The position numbers and the translations under genes were made by a program. The notes beneath the pieces are model-generated. The model did no database searches. It was not told where the DNA came from and saw nothing but the letters and a program-made list of their open reading frames with translations. 64,000 nt of DNA. Origin: Tubulanus polymorphus. Lineage: Eukaryota; Animalia; Nemertea. The stretch's first letter is position 1. Each line of letters starts with the position of its first letter. The stretch is from the NCBI RefSeq assembly GCF_964204645.1, contig NC_134033.1, positions 1,446,131 to 1,510,130 of the forward strand. Reading direction: 5' to 3'. Shown here one piece after another: positions 34,616 to 46,103 of the stretch.

Positions 34616-37600
34616 TCAAACTAAAAGATACCGATCGCCGTCGTCTTCATCGGCAGACGGTTCAAATTCCTCCTCATCGTCTGATCCTCCCGATAAACTC
34701 ATCGTTACGTAACTACCGTCATCATCATTATCATCATCTTCGTTATCGTCGTCCATATTCTCATCGTCGTCGTCATCTGCGTCCGCGCTGTCATCTTCGT
34801 CGTCGTCCAAATCGGCGTCGTCCTCCTCGTCGCCGACATCCTCCTCCGAGTCGCGTCGCCGCCCGACCTCGTACAGTTTACACACGCTCTCGTCGGACAG
34901 CGCGTCCGCGTTCTTCTGACTCTCGATAACCGCCAGATAGCAGTCCGACCGGTCGGTGCAGATATCCAAAATCGATTTCTTCACGTCGACGGTCGCGATC
35001 GACGCGTAATTCGTCGCGTCGAAAGTCCGGAACGACGTTCCCATCGGACTGCGTTCGTCGTCGTCGATCTCGTCGTCGAGTTGCGTAACGATGCCGTACA
35101 TGACGTCGCCGGTGTGATTGAAACGCAGTATATTCTGATCGAGCGCCGGTACCGTGTGCAGCAGGTTAAACGTGCGCAGGTCCCAAACCTCGGTGTTCAC
35201 GATCACCTCCAGTCCCATAGGGTGAAATATACCGCTGATGTGCGCGTTGAATTTATCGAACTTATGAACGGCTCGCGCGGTCCGCACATCCCAGACGATA
35301 CCGTCCGATAACACTAGACTATCCGTATAATTAAACGTCGCTCGGTTACGCGTGTAATTGTTGGCTTTGTTGGCGTCGTGTAATTTCGCGACGACGCGAC
35401 CGGTCGCCGTGTCGTAGATGCGCGCGACGTCGGCCTTCGTCGCGACGATTCGATCTTGCGTCGGCGTCTTGCCGAATTCGGCGTATTCCTCGTCGTCGAG
35501 GGCGTACCGCGGTTCGAGCGTCGGATACGACCACACGGCGGTGAGCGGGTTTCCCCACGCCGACGCCGATGTCAGCACGAGACGACCGTCGCGCGACGCC
35601 TCGCAGTGATTCACCGGCGAGTTATGGCAGACGGCGTACGTCTGCTCCTCGGCCGTTTGGATGTTGAATATTTTCACCTCGCCGGCGTACGTGCCGAATA
35701 TCAACGACTGGTCGTCTGCCGAGAACGCGACGCACGACAGACAGCCGTCCTCCTCGGTGTCGCGGTACGTGCGAACCGGTCGGAACCGGCTGTAAACGAA
35801 CTTACGATCGTAACGCGCCGATTCTAACGCGCCCCAACGCGGCGTCGTCCATTTACGGAACATACGCGGCGTGATATTGACGGGCGCGGTCGTGCGGTGT
35901 TTCGGTACCGGGCACTGGTGCGGTTGCAACAGCGAGAACGGCGGACACGTGACGACCGGATTCGCGCACAACGCGTGCTGTTTACGCAGGTACTCGGTGA
36001 CGATCTTATCCAACGAGACGGTCGCGCCGCCATCTTGTAAAACGACTGCGCGCTTCATCGTCGCCGCGGACGACGACGACGGACTGTTGTGATGATCGTC
36101 TTTCTCTCGAAGCGATCGTATCGTGCGTCTGCTCGTCCCGGGCGTCGTCTGCACCTTCGAATTTATGATATTGATTTTAATCGACCCGGGAGTTCCGGGC
36201 GTCGCGACCGATTTACTACTCGTATTACTACCCGGCGTCGTAGCGGACGCCGAAGCAGCAGACGGACTCGGTCGGAATTTCGGCGTGCCCGAATAAATCT
36301 TCGGCGTCGACGGATGCGCGACGACGACGCGTTGAACGAGTTTCGCCTCTTTCTGCAACGCGGTGGCGCTGTCGTTGTAACCGGCGCCGAGCAGGTGCTC
36401 GTACATCAGCTGCAGCAGCTCTTTCTCCTGGTAGACGATCATCGTCTGCGCGACGACGTCCGCTCGTCGGATTCGTTCTAACGACGCGTCGACGTTCGCC
36501 GGGTTTCGTTTTCCGCTGACGCGTTCGATCAACTCGGCCGCGTACTGACAGAACTTCACGTGTTCGACTCGTTTATCCTGTAACACCGGTTCCTTCATCA
36601 ACGACTGCAGCTGACCGCTGTTAAACAACGGCAGTTTACCGATGATCTGTTTGACCTTGGCGTCGCGCGCCAACCCGGCGAGCGCGCGACACGCCATCGC
36701 GCGGATCGAATCCGCCTCCGTAATCGGCATTTTGATCATCAACAATTTCAAAATCACCATGATACCGTTGTTACCGCGGAGATGGTCCCACATTTTGCGT
36801 ACGACGTCATCGGCGCCGTGGTTCACCAGACGTTTCTTCACGGCGCTCGAGGTTATGAATCGCGGCACGTTGTTGTGGTGTCGATTCTCGGGACCGCATG
36901 CGCAGTTGATGATGACCTGAATCGCCGATCTCATGACGTCCGGGTCGGAGAGCACTTCGCCCTCGGCCATCCCGAGTAGGATGCTGATCGCCGGCGTGCT
37001 GTGGTTCTCCGGCAATAAAACGTATTCGCAAAGTTGCAACTGGACTTTCGGCAGAACGGATAAAATGGCGAGCGCGTCGAGAGCGCAACGGATCGCTTCG
37101 GCTTTTCCGTTGAAGTTACTCCACTCGGCGGCCAGCGCGATCAAACGCAAGATTATATTTATACCGTCCAGTTCGATGAAATGACTAACGGCCGGCCAGC
37201 TAGCGCGGCTCGGGAGACATTCCGATAAAAAGTCCATATACTCGGCGAAAACCTCCGGCGTGTACTTGGCGGCTTTGTACGGCGGTACGCTCGACGGTAC
37301 GGAGCCGCCCTCGCGACGCGCGTGATTTCGTTGGAGCTCTTCCGCTTTGATCGCCATGTGCGCCTCGAAGTATTTCTTCAACGCCAGGCAGACGTGTCGC
37401 GTCGACTGTCGACTCGTGAACTCCTCGTCGTCGGTCATCTGCGGACTGGCGCCGTCGACCGATAATATCTGTAGCGTGCTGACCGCATTCACCAGACGGC
37501 GCAATCCGTCTTTGGCGTCGAACAGATTCAGAATCACGCGGAAATGAAACGCCGACGAGAAGAACATGGTCGCGTGGCAACGGCCGGACTCGTGCGAACA

Positions 37601-38761
37601 CTCCAACAACCACAGCACGTAGTTGACGAGATCGTCGAGAACGGTCTCCGGTAGCAAGCAGACGCGCTCCATCGCGTCCTCGAAATAACTCAGGTAATAA
37701 AGACACATCGATACGCCGGTCGCCGCGACAGACGGACGCTGCACGCGTAACAGTCTCCGCACGCCGCCCTCGGCTATGAACTCGATGCTGAATTTCTTAT
37801 GACACAAAAGCGACGCGAGGAATTTCAACGCTTCGAACGCCAAACGAACGTCGGAATTACGTTTTAAATCGGTGAACGTGAACACGAGTTCGAGGGCATT
37901 GTGTTCGAGCATGAACCCGAGTAATTCCTGAAACTCGCCCATAATCGTTAAATACTGCACGATCAGACGCGATTTCATGGCAGACGTCAACGGGTTCAAT
38001 CGGTACATACCGATCACGTACGGTTCCATCTCGGCCCAGTTACTGTTACTGCACTCCTCCAGACAACCGAAACTCGGTCGCCGCGGTCCTAATCCGGTGA
38101 CCGCTGTTTCCGGCGAACTCTTCGTCGTCGGACCGACGAAGTCGGAGTTTATTTTCGTCGGCGTTTTATTTCCGCAGACTTCGGCGAACGGACGCGCGAA
38201 TTTGGCGTCGCCGTCTTTCGCGTTCAACTCGTGCAGACGACGCAGCATGACGGGAACGAGACGCGAGTTATCATCGCGGAAACTCGTCGCGATCTCGTAG
38301 ACTTCCATCGCGGCTGGCAGCAGTCCGGTTGCGTACGATCGCAGCGGCTCGTCGGCTGTCTCCGCCCAGCGCAGCACGTACCGCGTGAGGTTCTCGTTCT
38401 CGTTGAACACGACCGACGACTCGAGTCCCGGGAGTAGATTCAGGAGCAGACGGCACGACACGGTTACCAACTCGGTGTCGTCGCGCAACGAACTCAACAG
38501 ATAAACGTTCACTAATTTATTCATGAATTCCTCGTTTTTGAAGAGGACTTTCAGGAGGTGTCCGAGCGTACAGAGAGGATCGGCTCGCCCCGGGTGACGG
38601 TCGTCGAAAGGGTCCGGATCCATTTTGTAATACGCCTCGGTTTCTTTTTCTAACAATTCGCAGATTTTCGTCAGCGGCCCGACAACGTTCCCGCTCGACA
38701 CTTCCCGTTGCCATGACTCCAGCAGATTCGACAGCTCCGCCAAACACTCGATTAAACTCAT
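34616..38761 (-). CDS. DCAF1: DDB1- and CUL4-associated factor 1 (VprBP/Mahjong), about 1381 aa, single coding exon
   Basis: Conserved N-terminal MDPDPFDDRHPGRADP, armadillo-like region (LASLLCHKKF, LLECSH.SGRCHATMFF), LisH (ELLQLMYEHLLGAGYNDSATALQKEA), C.NPVVTCPPFSLL, WD40 with WDVR/WDLR DDB1-binding motifs and an acidic tail. The ATG was placed at 38761 because the ORF extension crosses a splice acceptor (TTTTATTCAG, exon start 38801). AATAAA is on the minus strand at 33734-33739. Confidence 0.95.
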   Translation of the reverse strand: MSLIECLAELSNLLESWQREVSSGNVVGPLTKICELLEKETEAYYKMDPDPFDDRHPGRADPLCTLGHLLKVLFKNEEFMNKLVNVYLLSSLRDDTELVTVSCRLLLNLLPGLESSVVFNENENLTRYVLRWAETADEPLRSYATGLLPAAMEVYEIATSFRDDNSRLVPVMLRRLHELNAKDGDAKFARPFAEVCGNKTPTKINSDFVGPTTKSSPETAVTGLGPRRPSFGCLEECSNSNWAEMEPYVIGMYRLNPLTSAMKSRLIVQYLTIMGEFQELLGFMLEHNALELVFTFTDLKRNSDVRLAFEALKFLASLLCHKKFSIEFIAEGGVRRLLRVQRPSVAATGVSMCLYYLSYFEDAMERVCLLPETVLDDLVNYVLWLLECSHESGRCHATMFFSSAFHFRVILNLFDAKDGLRRLVNAVSTLQILSVDGASPQMTDDEEFTSRQSTRHVCLALKKYFEAHMAIKAEELQRNHARREGGSVPSSVPPYKAAKYTPEVFAEYMDFLSECLPSRASWPAVSHFIELDGINIILRLIALAAEWSNFNGKAEAIRCALDALAILSVLPKVQLQLCEYVLLPENHSTPAISILLGMAEGEVLSDPDVMRSAIQVIINCACGPENRHHNNVPRFITSSAVKKRLVNHGADDVVRKMWDHLRGNNGIMVILKLLMIKMPITEADSIRAMACRALAGLARDAKVKQIIGKLPLFNSGQLQSLMKEPVLQDKRVEHVKFCQYAAELIERVSGKRNPANVDASLERIRRADVVAQTMIVYQEKELLQLMYEHLLGAGYNDSATALQKEAKLVQRVVVAHPSTPKIYSGTPKFRPSPSAASASATTPGSNTSSKSVATPGTPGSIKINIINSKVQTTPGTSRRTIRSLREKDDHHNSPSSSSAATMKRAVVLQDGGATVSLDKIVTEYLRKQHALCANPVVTCPPFSLLQPHQCPVPKHRTTAPVNITPRMFRKWTTPRWGALESARYDRKFVYSRFRPVRTYRDTEEDGCLSCVAFSADDQSLIFGTYAGEVKIFNIQTAEEQTYAVCHNSPVNHCEASRDGRLVLTSASAWGNPLTAVWSYPTLEPRYALDDEEYAEFGKTPTQDRIVATKADVARIYDTATGRVVAKLHDANKANNYTRNRATFNYTDSLVLSDGIVWDVRTARAVHKFDKFNAHISGIFHPMGLEVIVNTEVWDLRTFNLLHTVPALDQNILRFNHTGDVMYGIVTQLDDEIDDDERSPMGTSFRTFDATNYASIATVDVKKSILDICTDRSDCYLAVIESQKNADALSDESVCKLYEVGRRRDSEEDVGDEEDDADLDDDEDDSADADDDDDENMDDDNEDDDNDDDGSYVTMSLSGGSDDEEEFEPSADEDDGDRYLLV

Positions 38762-39235
38762 GATGATTTCGTCGTCTTCAAAATGTCTCTTTTTCGCCAA
38801 ACTGAATAAAAGAAAATTCATTTTCTGTGGTTTTTTTCTTCGTAAGCTTGAATAATTCTCTTTAAAGCTTAAGTGAATTGAATTACGAAATCAAATCAAT
38901 TAAAAGAATTCATTTTTCGTGAAATGGGACCCAGATTTAAGGGGATATGGTAAGAGCTAGACCGACTGTCCTATGCTTGAGAATTAATGAGTTATAAATT
39001 TAGGGGATAGATTATCTAAAAAGAAGAAAGTTACTGTTTGATTTTGTAGATCAGAGCTCATCAGTTATGATGATAACAATCAAAAGATTGTCAAATGAAC
39101 AGTCAACAATACACAATACAATCATCAACAATCAAAACCCGGAAATGAAATTTTAGTTAGAATTGACAATCAACGACAGTATTGATTTTCGATCCCGAAT
39201 GAATTCTGGCGATTCCAAGGAATTATTTTGCCTAC

Positions 39236-39385
39236 CTTCGGCTTCGGGTTGAAGAGGAGAAGCGATAGATCTGTAAAACTGGTTCAATTCAGTCAGTGAT
39301 CGCTGATCAAACGATCAAAACAGTGCGAAATCGTGATTTTCTCGCGCAAAACGAGGTTCCATGGGCGCGGCCATTTTGGATTCGC
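39236..39385 (-). promoter_or_regulatory. Probable DCAF1 5' UTR exon/promoter with YY1-like motif
   Basis: Donor CGAAG|GTAGG at 39236 and AAAATGGCCGC on the minus strand at about 39368-39378. The upper boundary is approximate. Confidence 0.55.
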
Positions 39386-40538
39386 TTGCCGTTAAAGGAT
39401 TCTAGAGGGCGGCACCGGACGGTAGTATCCTCGATTGCCAGAGCTAGACTTTTGTTAGTTCCTCTATTCGCCACATTTGTTATGGCAGCACAGGTAAAAG
39501 GATTCCTAGGATGAATAACGACTTCATATTTTTTCCTAGAATGAATTTCAACCACGTTCTTTCGGGTCTGGGATTTATGTAAACTGTAGATTCATAAATG
39601 TTTTTTTGCGCAATTTTCTTCATTAAACCATGAATTCATGTGAAACCTAACTTTTTCATGTGAAACCTAACTTTTTCGGAATTATGACGCATAGATAGTA
39701 TGAGAAAGCCATTTTGCAAGTGAAGCCTTTCAAGTTTGAAGTCAACGCCGCGTAATAAAAAGTTTTTGGAAAAGTTTCCAAATTCCTTGCGCGGCCATGA
39801 CGACGCTTAAGCTTTGAAGTCAGATTTAAACTTCGAATCCATTGCTGTTTTAAATCTTAAATTCGTGACTGTTCTTTCGTGCCCTTTGAATTGATATACA
39901 TGGTCCATATGGCGATCAAATACCCGGTAACTAATTTGATTTCGCTGACCCTTCGCGAGTAGAATGTTTTCTACCCATCGCCATCAGGTTATTCGTATTG
40001 AAACAAGAACATCTGGAAAAAACTCTGAAGATAGTTCAGAAGCATTCTGATTGAAGTATTGTTGTCTGTTGTCTAAAGTCTGCCTATTGAAGTCGGTGTC
40101 TGTGAATTCATTCAAGGCTTTAGACTCGGACGGTTTATAGTTAGTAGACTGATCTGAAAACTAACTTTAAATGCAAACGATGCCTCAGCAATATTGCATA
40201 ATCACCTCATTTCAACAATTGCGGTAAAACAGTCGACAAGTAAAAACATCTGGACTGGGTTTCATAGATGTGGAAGAAAAATAGTCCCTGCGAACATTTT
40301 GAAATTTGTCAGTTATAACCATGGTTTCTCATTGTTACTATGGTGGTTGTTAACCAGGATTTATACCTAGGAATAACTTTGATACTCAGTCTATGAAACC
40401 GGGCCCTGCTGGATAAAAATCAAATTTATACCAACGAAATAAATAACCTATTTTAAGATGATAACAGTATTCAGATCGCCAAAGGTCAATCACTTTAATT
40501 TGACTGTCAGTGTTACAAATTGGTTATGTGGGTTTTTA

Positions 40539-40611
40539 GTACCCCTAGTAACCGGGGAGTCGCACCCGGTAACTGCGACCGTAACCATAGTATCTCCGCT
40601 AACATAGTAAC
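40539..40611. promoter_or_regulatory. Cluster of four RFX X-box-like motifs
   Basis: GTACCCCTAGTAAC, GTCGCACCCGGTAAC, GTAACCATAGTATC and GCTAACATAGTAAC lie within about 120 bp upstream of ATG 40660. Confidence 0.45.
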
Positions 40612-40659
40612 CACAAGGACTAGTGAAAAATTTCCCCACAGGTGGCGACGCTCGCGAAG

Positions 40660-42297
40660 ATGTCGGCCGCGGCGGAAAAGGAAGCGCATCTCGCTCGCGC
40701 CAGTTCGATCAGACGATGGATCGATGTTCTTATAGAAACATCAGCTCGTATCGAACAACGCGAATGGGAAGCAGCTCATCCGCCATTTCTATCGTCTGCT
40801 TGGCGTCGTCTGAAAGGCGAGAAAATGCGAAAATGTTTTTCGAATTTGTCGGAAAAACTGAATTGCAAAAAATTTGGCGGTAAGATTTAACCGATGAAAA
40901 AGATTCGATTAGAAAAAGTGCCAGTGAAATTAGGGCCGACCGGGCGCGGCCTGGTCCATCCCCTTCAAAATTCGAATTTTCCCTCCGGAAAGCCTGGTAA
41001 AAAAATTTATCAAGGACTAAATTACATCTAAATAGGTCTATAAGGGCCAGAAAAAAATACTCTTTCTCGTTTATTTTATGTGGGAGGGTCAAGAGGCCAA
41101 AAGAACCCGCACCAAAATTTTTGCTTGCAGCCCTCGCATTGCCAGATATAATGCCCTTTTCAAATCAATCGCCCGCTCCAATTTTCAGGTCCACCCCATT
41201 CAAAGAATCCTAAATCGTGCAGTCTGACACCTGCAGGCGTGTTGGAAGCAGTCTTAAATTGCCGCAGCCAAATATACGATTTTTGACAAATTCTTGTATC
41301 TGGCCGCGGCGAATTTACTTCGATTTCGTTAAAAACGTGATATTCGAAGAAGACTACGTGATTCAGTAGATTCATTCCAATGCCACTGACCTGACAACCC
41401 TAGCCGAGTCCAGTTTAAATAAAACGTTCGAATCTTGAGTTGATTCAATTGCTTTATCAATACAGTTTATCTGAAATGGATTTAGGAGTTTATCCACTGT
41501 GGACCAACCCGCATTAGAACTAGGCCTAGTCCACTATAGGCCAGTGGTTGAATAAAGCCGTTAATGTTTCCCCCTATTTTATGCGAGGACGATTTGAAAA
41601 GCTGAACAAAAGCTGAGTATTGTTTCTCCTAGAACGAAAAAAAAAAATCCACTTTCACTTTTTTTTAGGTTGGATCAGATCCACTCGCCGAGTCGGAAAC
41701 CAGGTAATGTAGATCGTTAAAAAGAAAAAATCATAAGTCATAGTGTCGTACAGTCGAAATTCTAGCGCCGCCATCCTTTTTAATGGCAACACAATGCTGA
41801 GATTTTCCACAGAGAACGATTTGCTCAATTTAACTCTAATTCACCACAACTCTAACTCACTGCCAAATTCACATAATAACTCCGTAATTTTTCATTGGTG
41901 CCAACAGTGGCATTTATGTAAAGGACTTGAACCGTATTTCATTCAAAGTGACTCCGGAGCGCCGTTTATCATCATTTAGCGCATCGGCCTCTTCGATGAG
42001 TTCAGCCACTAGGCTTGTCGATGTCCCCTCTATGCATTGAGATTGGCATTATTATGTTTGAATTAATCATATGTAACTTATCATGCTTAGATAGATAAAG
42101 ATTATTATTATTATTATTATTATTATTATCATCATTATTATTATTATTATTATCTGTAGGATGAACGTGCTGATAATGATACTGCAGAGAATGTTGAACG
42201 TATCGTGGTCGAAGAACTGGAAGAGGCGACGCCTATAGACGTAGCCGGCGCTGGAGAGCATGTTTGGGCTGACTGGGACCGGGTTAGGAACACTTGA
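40660..42297 (+). CDS. Uncharacterised 130-aa protein, 3 exons
   Basis: Exons 40660-40879 (G|GTAAGA), 41669-41703 (TTTTAG|...CAG|GTAATG) and 42160-42297 (TGTAG|...TGA) join in frame (393 nt). AATAAA lies at about 42395. Confidence 0.65.
42101..42153. repeat. (ATT)n microsatellite abutting a splice acceptor
   Basis: Directly visible trinucleotide run. Confidence 0.95.
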
Positions 42298-43227
42298 GGT
42301 CTGAGAATCGACAAAAACGACCAAGATTTATCTTTTTTTTTTATATGAAAGGAATCAAGAATTTATGATGTTCTGTTCAAATTATAAATGGTTTAATAAA
42401 TAAATGGAGGTTTTCTCTTGAAGCTGGAGCTGCTGGTTGATGGATTGTTGATAAATCTGACCGCTAGGGGGATAATTTGCAAATTCTCATTTATAATTTG
42501 GTGCGATTCCAACAGTTCGTATTATATGAATAATGAGTAAAGCGTGTGAACATTTTTAATGTCAAAATCAAGTCAATTCATGTTGACATTTGCTGCATGC
42601 GTGGTCAATCTGTATACCAGGTGACCAGCTCTGACCAATCAGAAGCTAGGGTTAGTGGTCAATCTGCATACCAGGTGACCAGCTCTGACCAATCAGAAGC
42701 TAGGGTTAGGATTAGGCATTTGAGTAATCTGAATACCTGATTTGTTTACGCAAATTTTTGTTACCCAGAACTTTGTTCGTATTTGAACTGTATCAAGAAC
42801 AGTTTAAGAGAGGTACTTCACAAAGGACATTAAGTATCTACACTAATGAGGCTGTCTGTGCAAGGCCTATGGCATTCTTTGATTGTAAATAATGATATGA
42901 TACGATAATGATTTTATAAAAGCTGTTTGATTTCTGGATCGCGGATACAGTTTATTCAAACTACATTCTGTACTGACTTGTAGCAAGTTGTCTCCTCGGT
43001 GCTGGACGTGTATCGTGACGTAGATCTCACTTGACTTGTATACTGGTACGACATACAGAGATTCATCTTTGTGAAAGTTGAATTTTCAAGCACCATATAT
43101 ATAATTCATTTTCCGTCCGACGAAAATAGTTATAATTTGCTGCCCACGTTGAGAGTTGGTTTAAAACACGGAGAGAGGAGGTTTGTGTTACTGCAGAGTC
43201 ACTGATTACAGGTCTATAAGCTTCAAC

Positions 43228-44295
43228 ATGAATTCTACCACAATCTCGACGACTAATCCGCAGTGGTGCGAGGACCGGTATCCACCTGAAAGATGGGATC
43301 ACGTTTTCAGTTATAAGATTTACTTGTACGGATATTTTCCGGTTTCAGTTTTAGGAATGATTCTAAACTCTGTTTCTATTGTAGTATTCAGAAAGATCGG
43401 TCGCGACACTTATCAAACAATAATCATTCTCGCCTGGTTTGATTTACTGTTTCTATTTTCAGTGTTTCTTCTTTATCCACTTCGAATATTCATAATCCAA
43501 CAAAATGAAGCAGTTCTCGGCCGTTACGATGACTGGTATTTTGGACACGAAATTATAATTTGGGTTCTACCACTGTTTCATACGTTTCAAATGGCAAAAA
43601 ATTGGTCCGTAGTTATAATCAGTTTTGAAAGACTTCTGGTTGTCGCGAGTCCGCTGTATTTCAGACGATTCTGGAACAAAAAACAAATCATTTTTATATC
43701 GGTTTTAAACGCAATTTCTTCCGCAGTTTGTTACTGGCCGTATTATTTTCCACTACATTTACCCGGAAGGGCCACGCGACGCTGTTTGGAACGTTTATTC
43801 ACAATGGGAACCTTTGGAGCGAAAACAATTCGAACACCATTTACTTATTCGCCTGATTATGCATACAGTTACCTTGATAATTCCTATATCTTTATGACTG
43901 TTCTTGCACCTTTCATTTTTCTAATTGTGATAAATCTAACTTTGTTCGGAATTATGATATTTAGAAAACTAAATCGAAAGAAACAATTTCACGCGGACGC
44001 GGCGGCGCCCGGTGAAAAATCTACCGAACTCAAAATATTAAAAGTGGTTCTTATAATCGTAGCTATATTTTTTATCTGTGAAATTCCCGCATCACTGGAC
44101 CGTGTGTTAGGTTTCTTTAAAAATAAGTTTGGATTATATCACGGTCTAACCGGGGATAAGGAAATGATCATGCGTAAAGTAGGAATTCTGCTCAGTGTTT
44201 TTGACTCATCCGCAAATTTCTTCGTTTACTGCGCAACAAACGGCGCCTTTAGAAAAAAAGCTAAACACATTTCACTGATAAATTATTTTTTGTGA
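43228..44295 (+). CDS. Rhodopsin-family GPCR, FMRFamide/peptide-receptor-like (Srw-like), 355 aa, intronless CDS
   Basis: Seven hydrophobic segments with G..LN (TM1), LAWFD (TM2), SFERL (TM3), FFICEIP (TM6) and DSSANFFVY (TM7). There is an N-terminal NST sequon and a candidate acceptor just 5' of the ATG. Confidence 0.9.
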   Translation: MNSTTISTTNPQWCEDRYPPERWDHVFSYKIYLYGYFPVSVLGMILNSVSIVVFRKIGRDTYQTIIILAWFDLLFLFSVFLLYPLRIFIIQQNEAVLGRYDDWYFGHEIIIWVLPLFHTFQMAKNWSVVIISFERLLVVASPLYFRRFWNKKQIIFISVLNAISSAVCYWPYYFPLHLPGRATRRCLERLFTMGTFGAKTIRTPFTYSPDYAYSYLDNSYIFMTVLAPFIFLIVINLTLFGIMIFRKLNRKKQFHADAAAPGEKSTELKILKVVLIIVAIFFICEIPASLDRVLGFFKNKFGLYHGLTGDKEMIMRKVGILLSVFDSSANFFVYCATNGAFRKKAKHISLINYFL

Positions 44296-45442
44296 TTCTA
44301 AATAGAACAGAAAACAAAAGCAATTCCTTTCATATCATAGAATCAGACCAATTTTAATTCTATATATTTATCTGTTTTGATGTCTTGCTTGTGGCCGAAT
44401 CCTAATGTGCATAGATGACTTATCTAAAAAAAAACACATAAGACAAAATAGCAAACGCAAAACATTCAAGAATTATTGAAGTGGGATCAGTGGGAGACCC
44501 CTTTTGCGCGTAACCTCAAACTCAAGCGGGTACAGATCAGTCGTTAGGAAAGATATTGAAAAAAATTCAACTCAGGCTTAAACTGCAAATAACCCTCTTT
44601 AACCTCTGTGAAAATTGGAAATATAGCTTTAAGAGATACTTAGACTAAAAAAAATTGATACCTTGTTTCTCCGCTCTGCTGAGCTTAAATGTTGACCCGG
44701 CCGGCCGCCCATCTACCCTATACATTACTTTTTTAAAAATCGTGATAAATTTCACCATAACAGACCCGGCCGCTATAGAAATGAACTGTTAGTAAATTTT
44801 ATCATATTTTACAAAAATGACCCGGCCGCTGCGGAGAAACAAGGTTTCATTTTTGTTTAGCCTTAGATATTCTAAAATTTATAAATATTGCGATTTCTTT
44901 TACACGCGGCTAAGATATGCGGTCCTTGGTTTCACATCGTCACTGCTCTCAATTTTTCGCGTTCAAAAATTCCAAGAAACGCCAGCAAATATCTGCATTT
45001 CATTTCCTTTAAAGTGGTGTATAAATTGATTTCGTCGAGCAAGGGACTGCAGAACTATGTGATATTCAATCTAAACTTATGTTTTAAAAATGAGCGCAAA
45101 TTATCGCAACAATGGGGACCTCGAGGGACCGCCACAAAATGGCGCCTAGAAACTGGAAACTTCTTTATTGTGACAATCTTATTTTGTTTGGAATTATGAT
45201 ACATTGAAAACTAAGCTTGTAGGGTCCGATCTGAAATTTAGCTTTCCTCCTCGGATCCACAGGCACTGAGTCCATATTGGTGGGACAATCATCCGTACCG
45301 TTGTATCGAGTGGGAAAAAGCTTCGAGGAACAGAAATAAACTAGTCGATAATCAATGATTAGAAACCGTTAGAAAACTTATACTAAACTTGTCTTGTTTC
45401 ATGTTTGGAAGTTTGAATTCGAAACGGTGCCGATTCTACGAA

Positions 45443-45546
45443 GGCGGTGGAGGTGAGCGCAGGCGGGCGCAGGCGGGTGGAGGTGAGCGCAGGCGGGTGG
45501 AGGAGGGCGCAGGCGGGTGGAGGAGGGCGCAGGCGGGCGGAGGCGC
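45443..45546. repeat. G-rich 20-bp minisatellite
   Basis: About 4-5 copies of GGCGGGTGGAGG(T/A)G(A/G)GCGCA. Confidence 0.9.
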
Positions 45547-46103
45547 CCGGTCCGTTCTCAGAAAATACGTATTTAAAGTTCTTTTCGAATCCGTCAATAT
45601 CGATCTCCTATATTCATACTGCCAGATACCGAATGGTACAAATTAGCTGCCCGTCTGTTTCACTCGGTTGATATTATTGATTTACTGATTTTTGTGCAGT
45701 GCAGTTTTGTGTTATAACAAATCAACAGTGCATTCAATGCATGTCTGAACTTGGAGTAATTCGATTAGTGAATAGCTCGAGGATACCCCATGTAATCATT
45801 CATTAAGACTTAACTCACTTGGAGCAAATAGTCCCTCTCCTCAGTCCTGGAGGTGTCTTGTATCGTGACAGTCGTATAGATTACTTCTGCACTTTCTTTA
45901 TGAAAATCAGAGTTTCATCTTTGGGGAATCTGCGTTTTCCAGCATTTAAAAGGTGTATGTGTATACGTATATTTTATTTTCGATCAGATGAAGATAATAG
46001 TTCACAGATCACGTTTTGAGTATATTTGATTATAGGGTGAGAGAGATAGAGATAGAGCAATTTGTGTTACTGCAGAGTAGTCACTGATTACAGGTCCTTC
46101 AAC

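Noticed and set aside
35081-38747. Many overlapping ORFs on both strands within DCAF1
   Set aside because: Expected shadow ORFs of a GC-rich CDS; none resembles a known protein.
38762-38821. N-terminal extension of DCAF1 in the ORF track, and similarly the TTG starts at 43183 and 46062 for the GPCRs
   Set aside because: The extensions cross candidate splice acceptors; downstream ATGs fit better.
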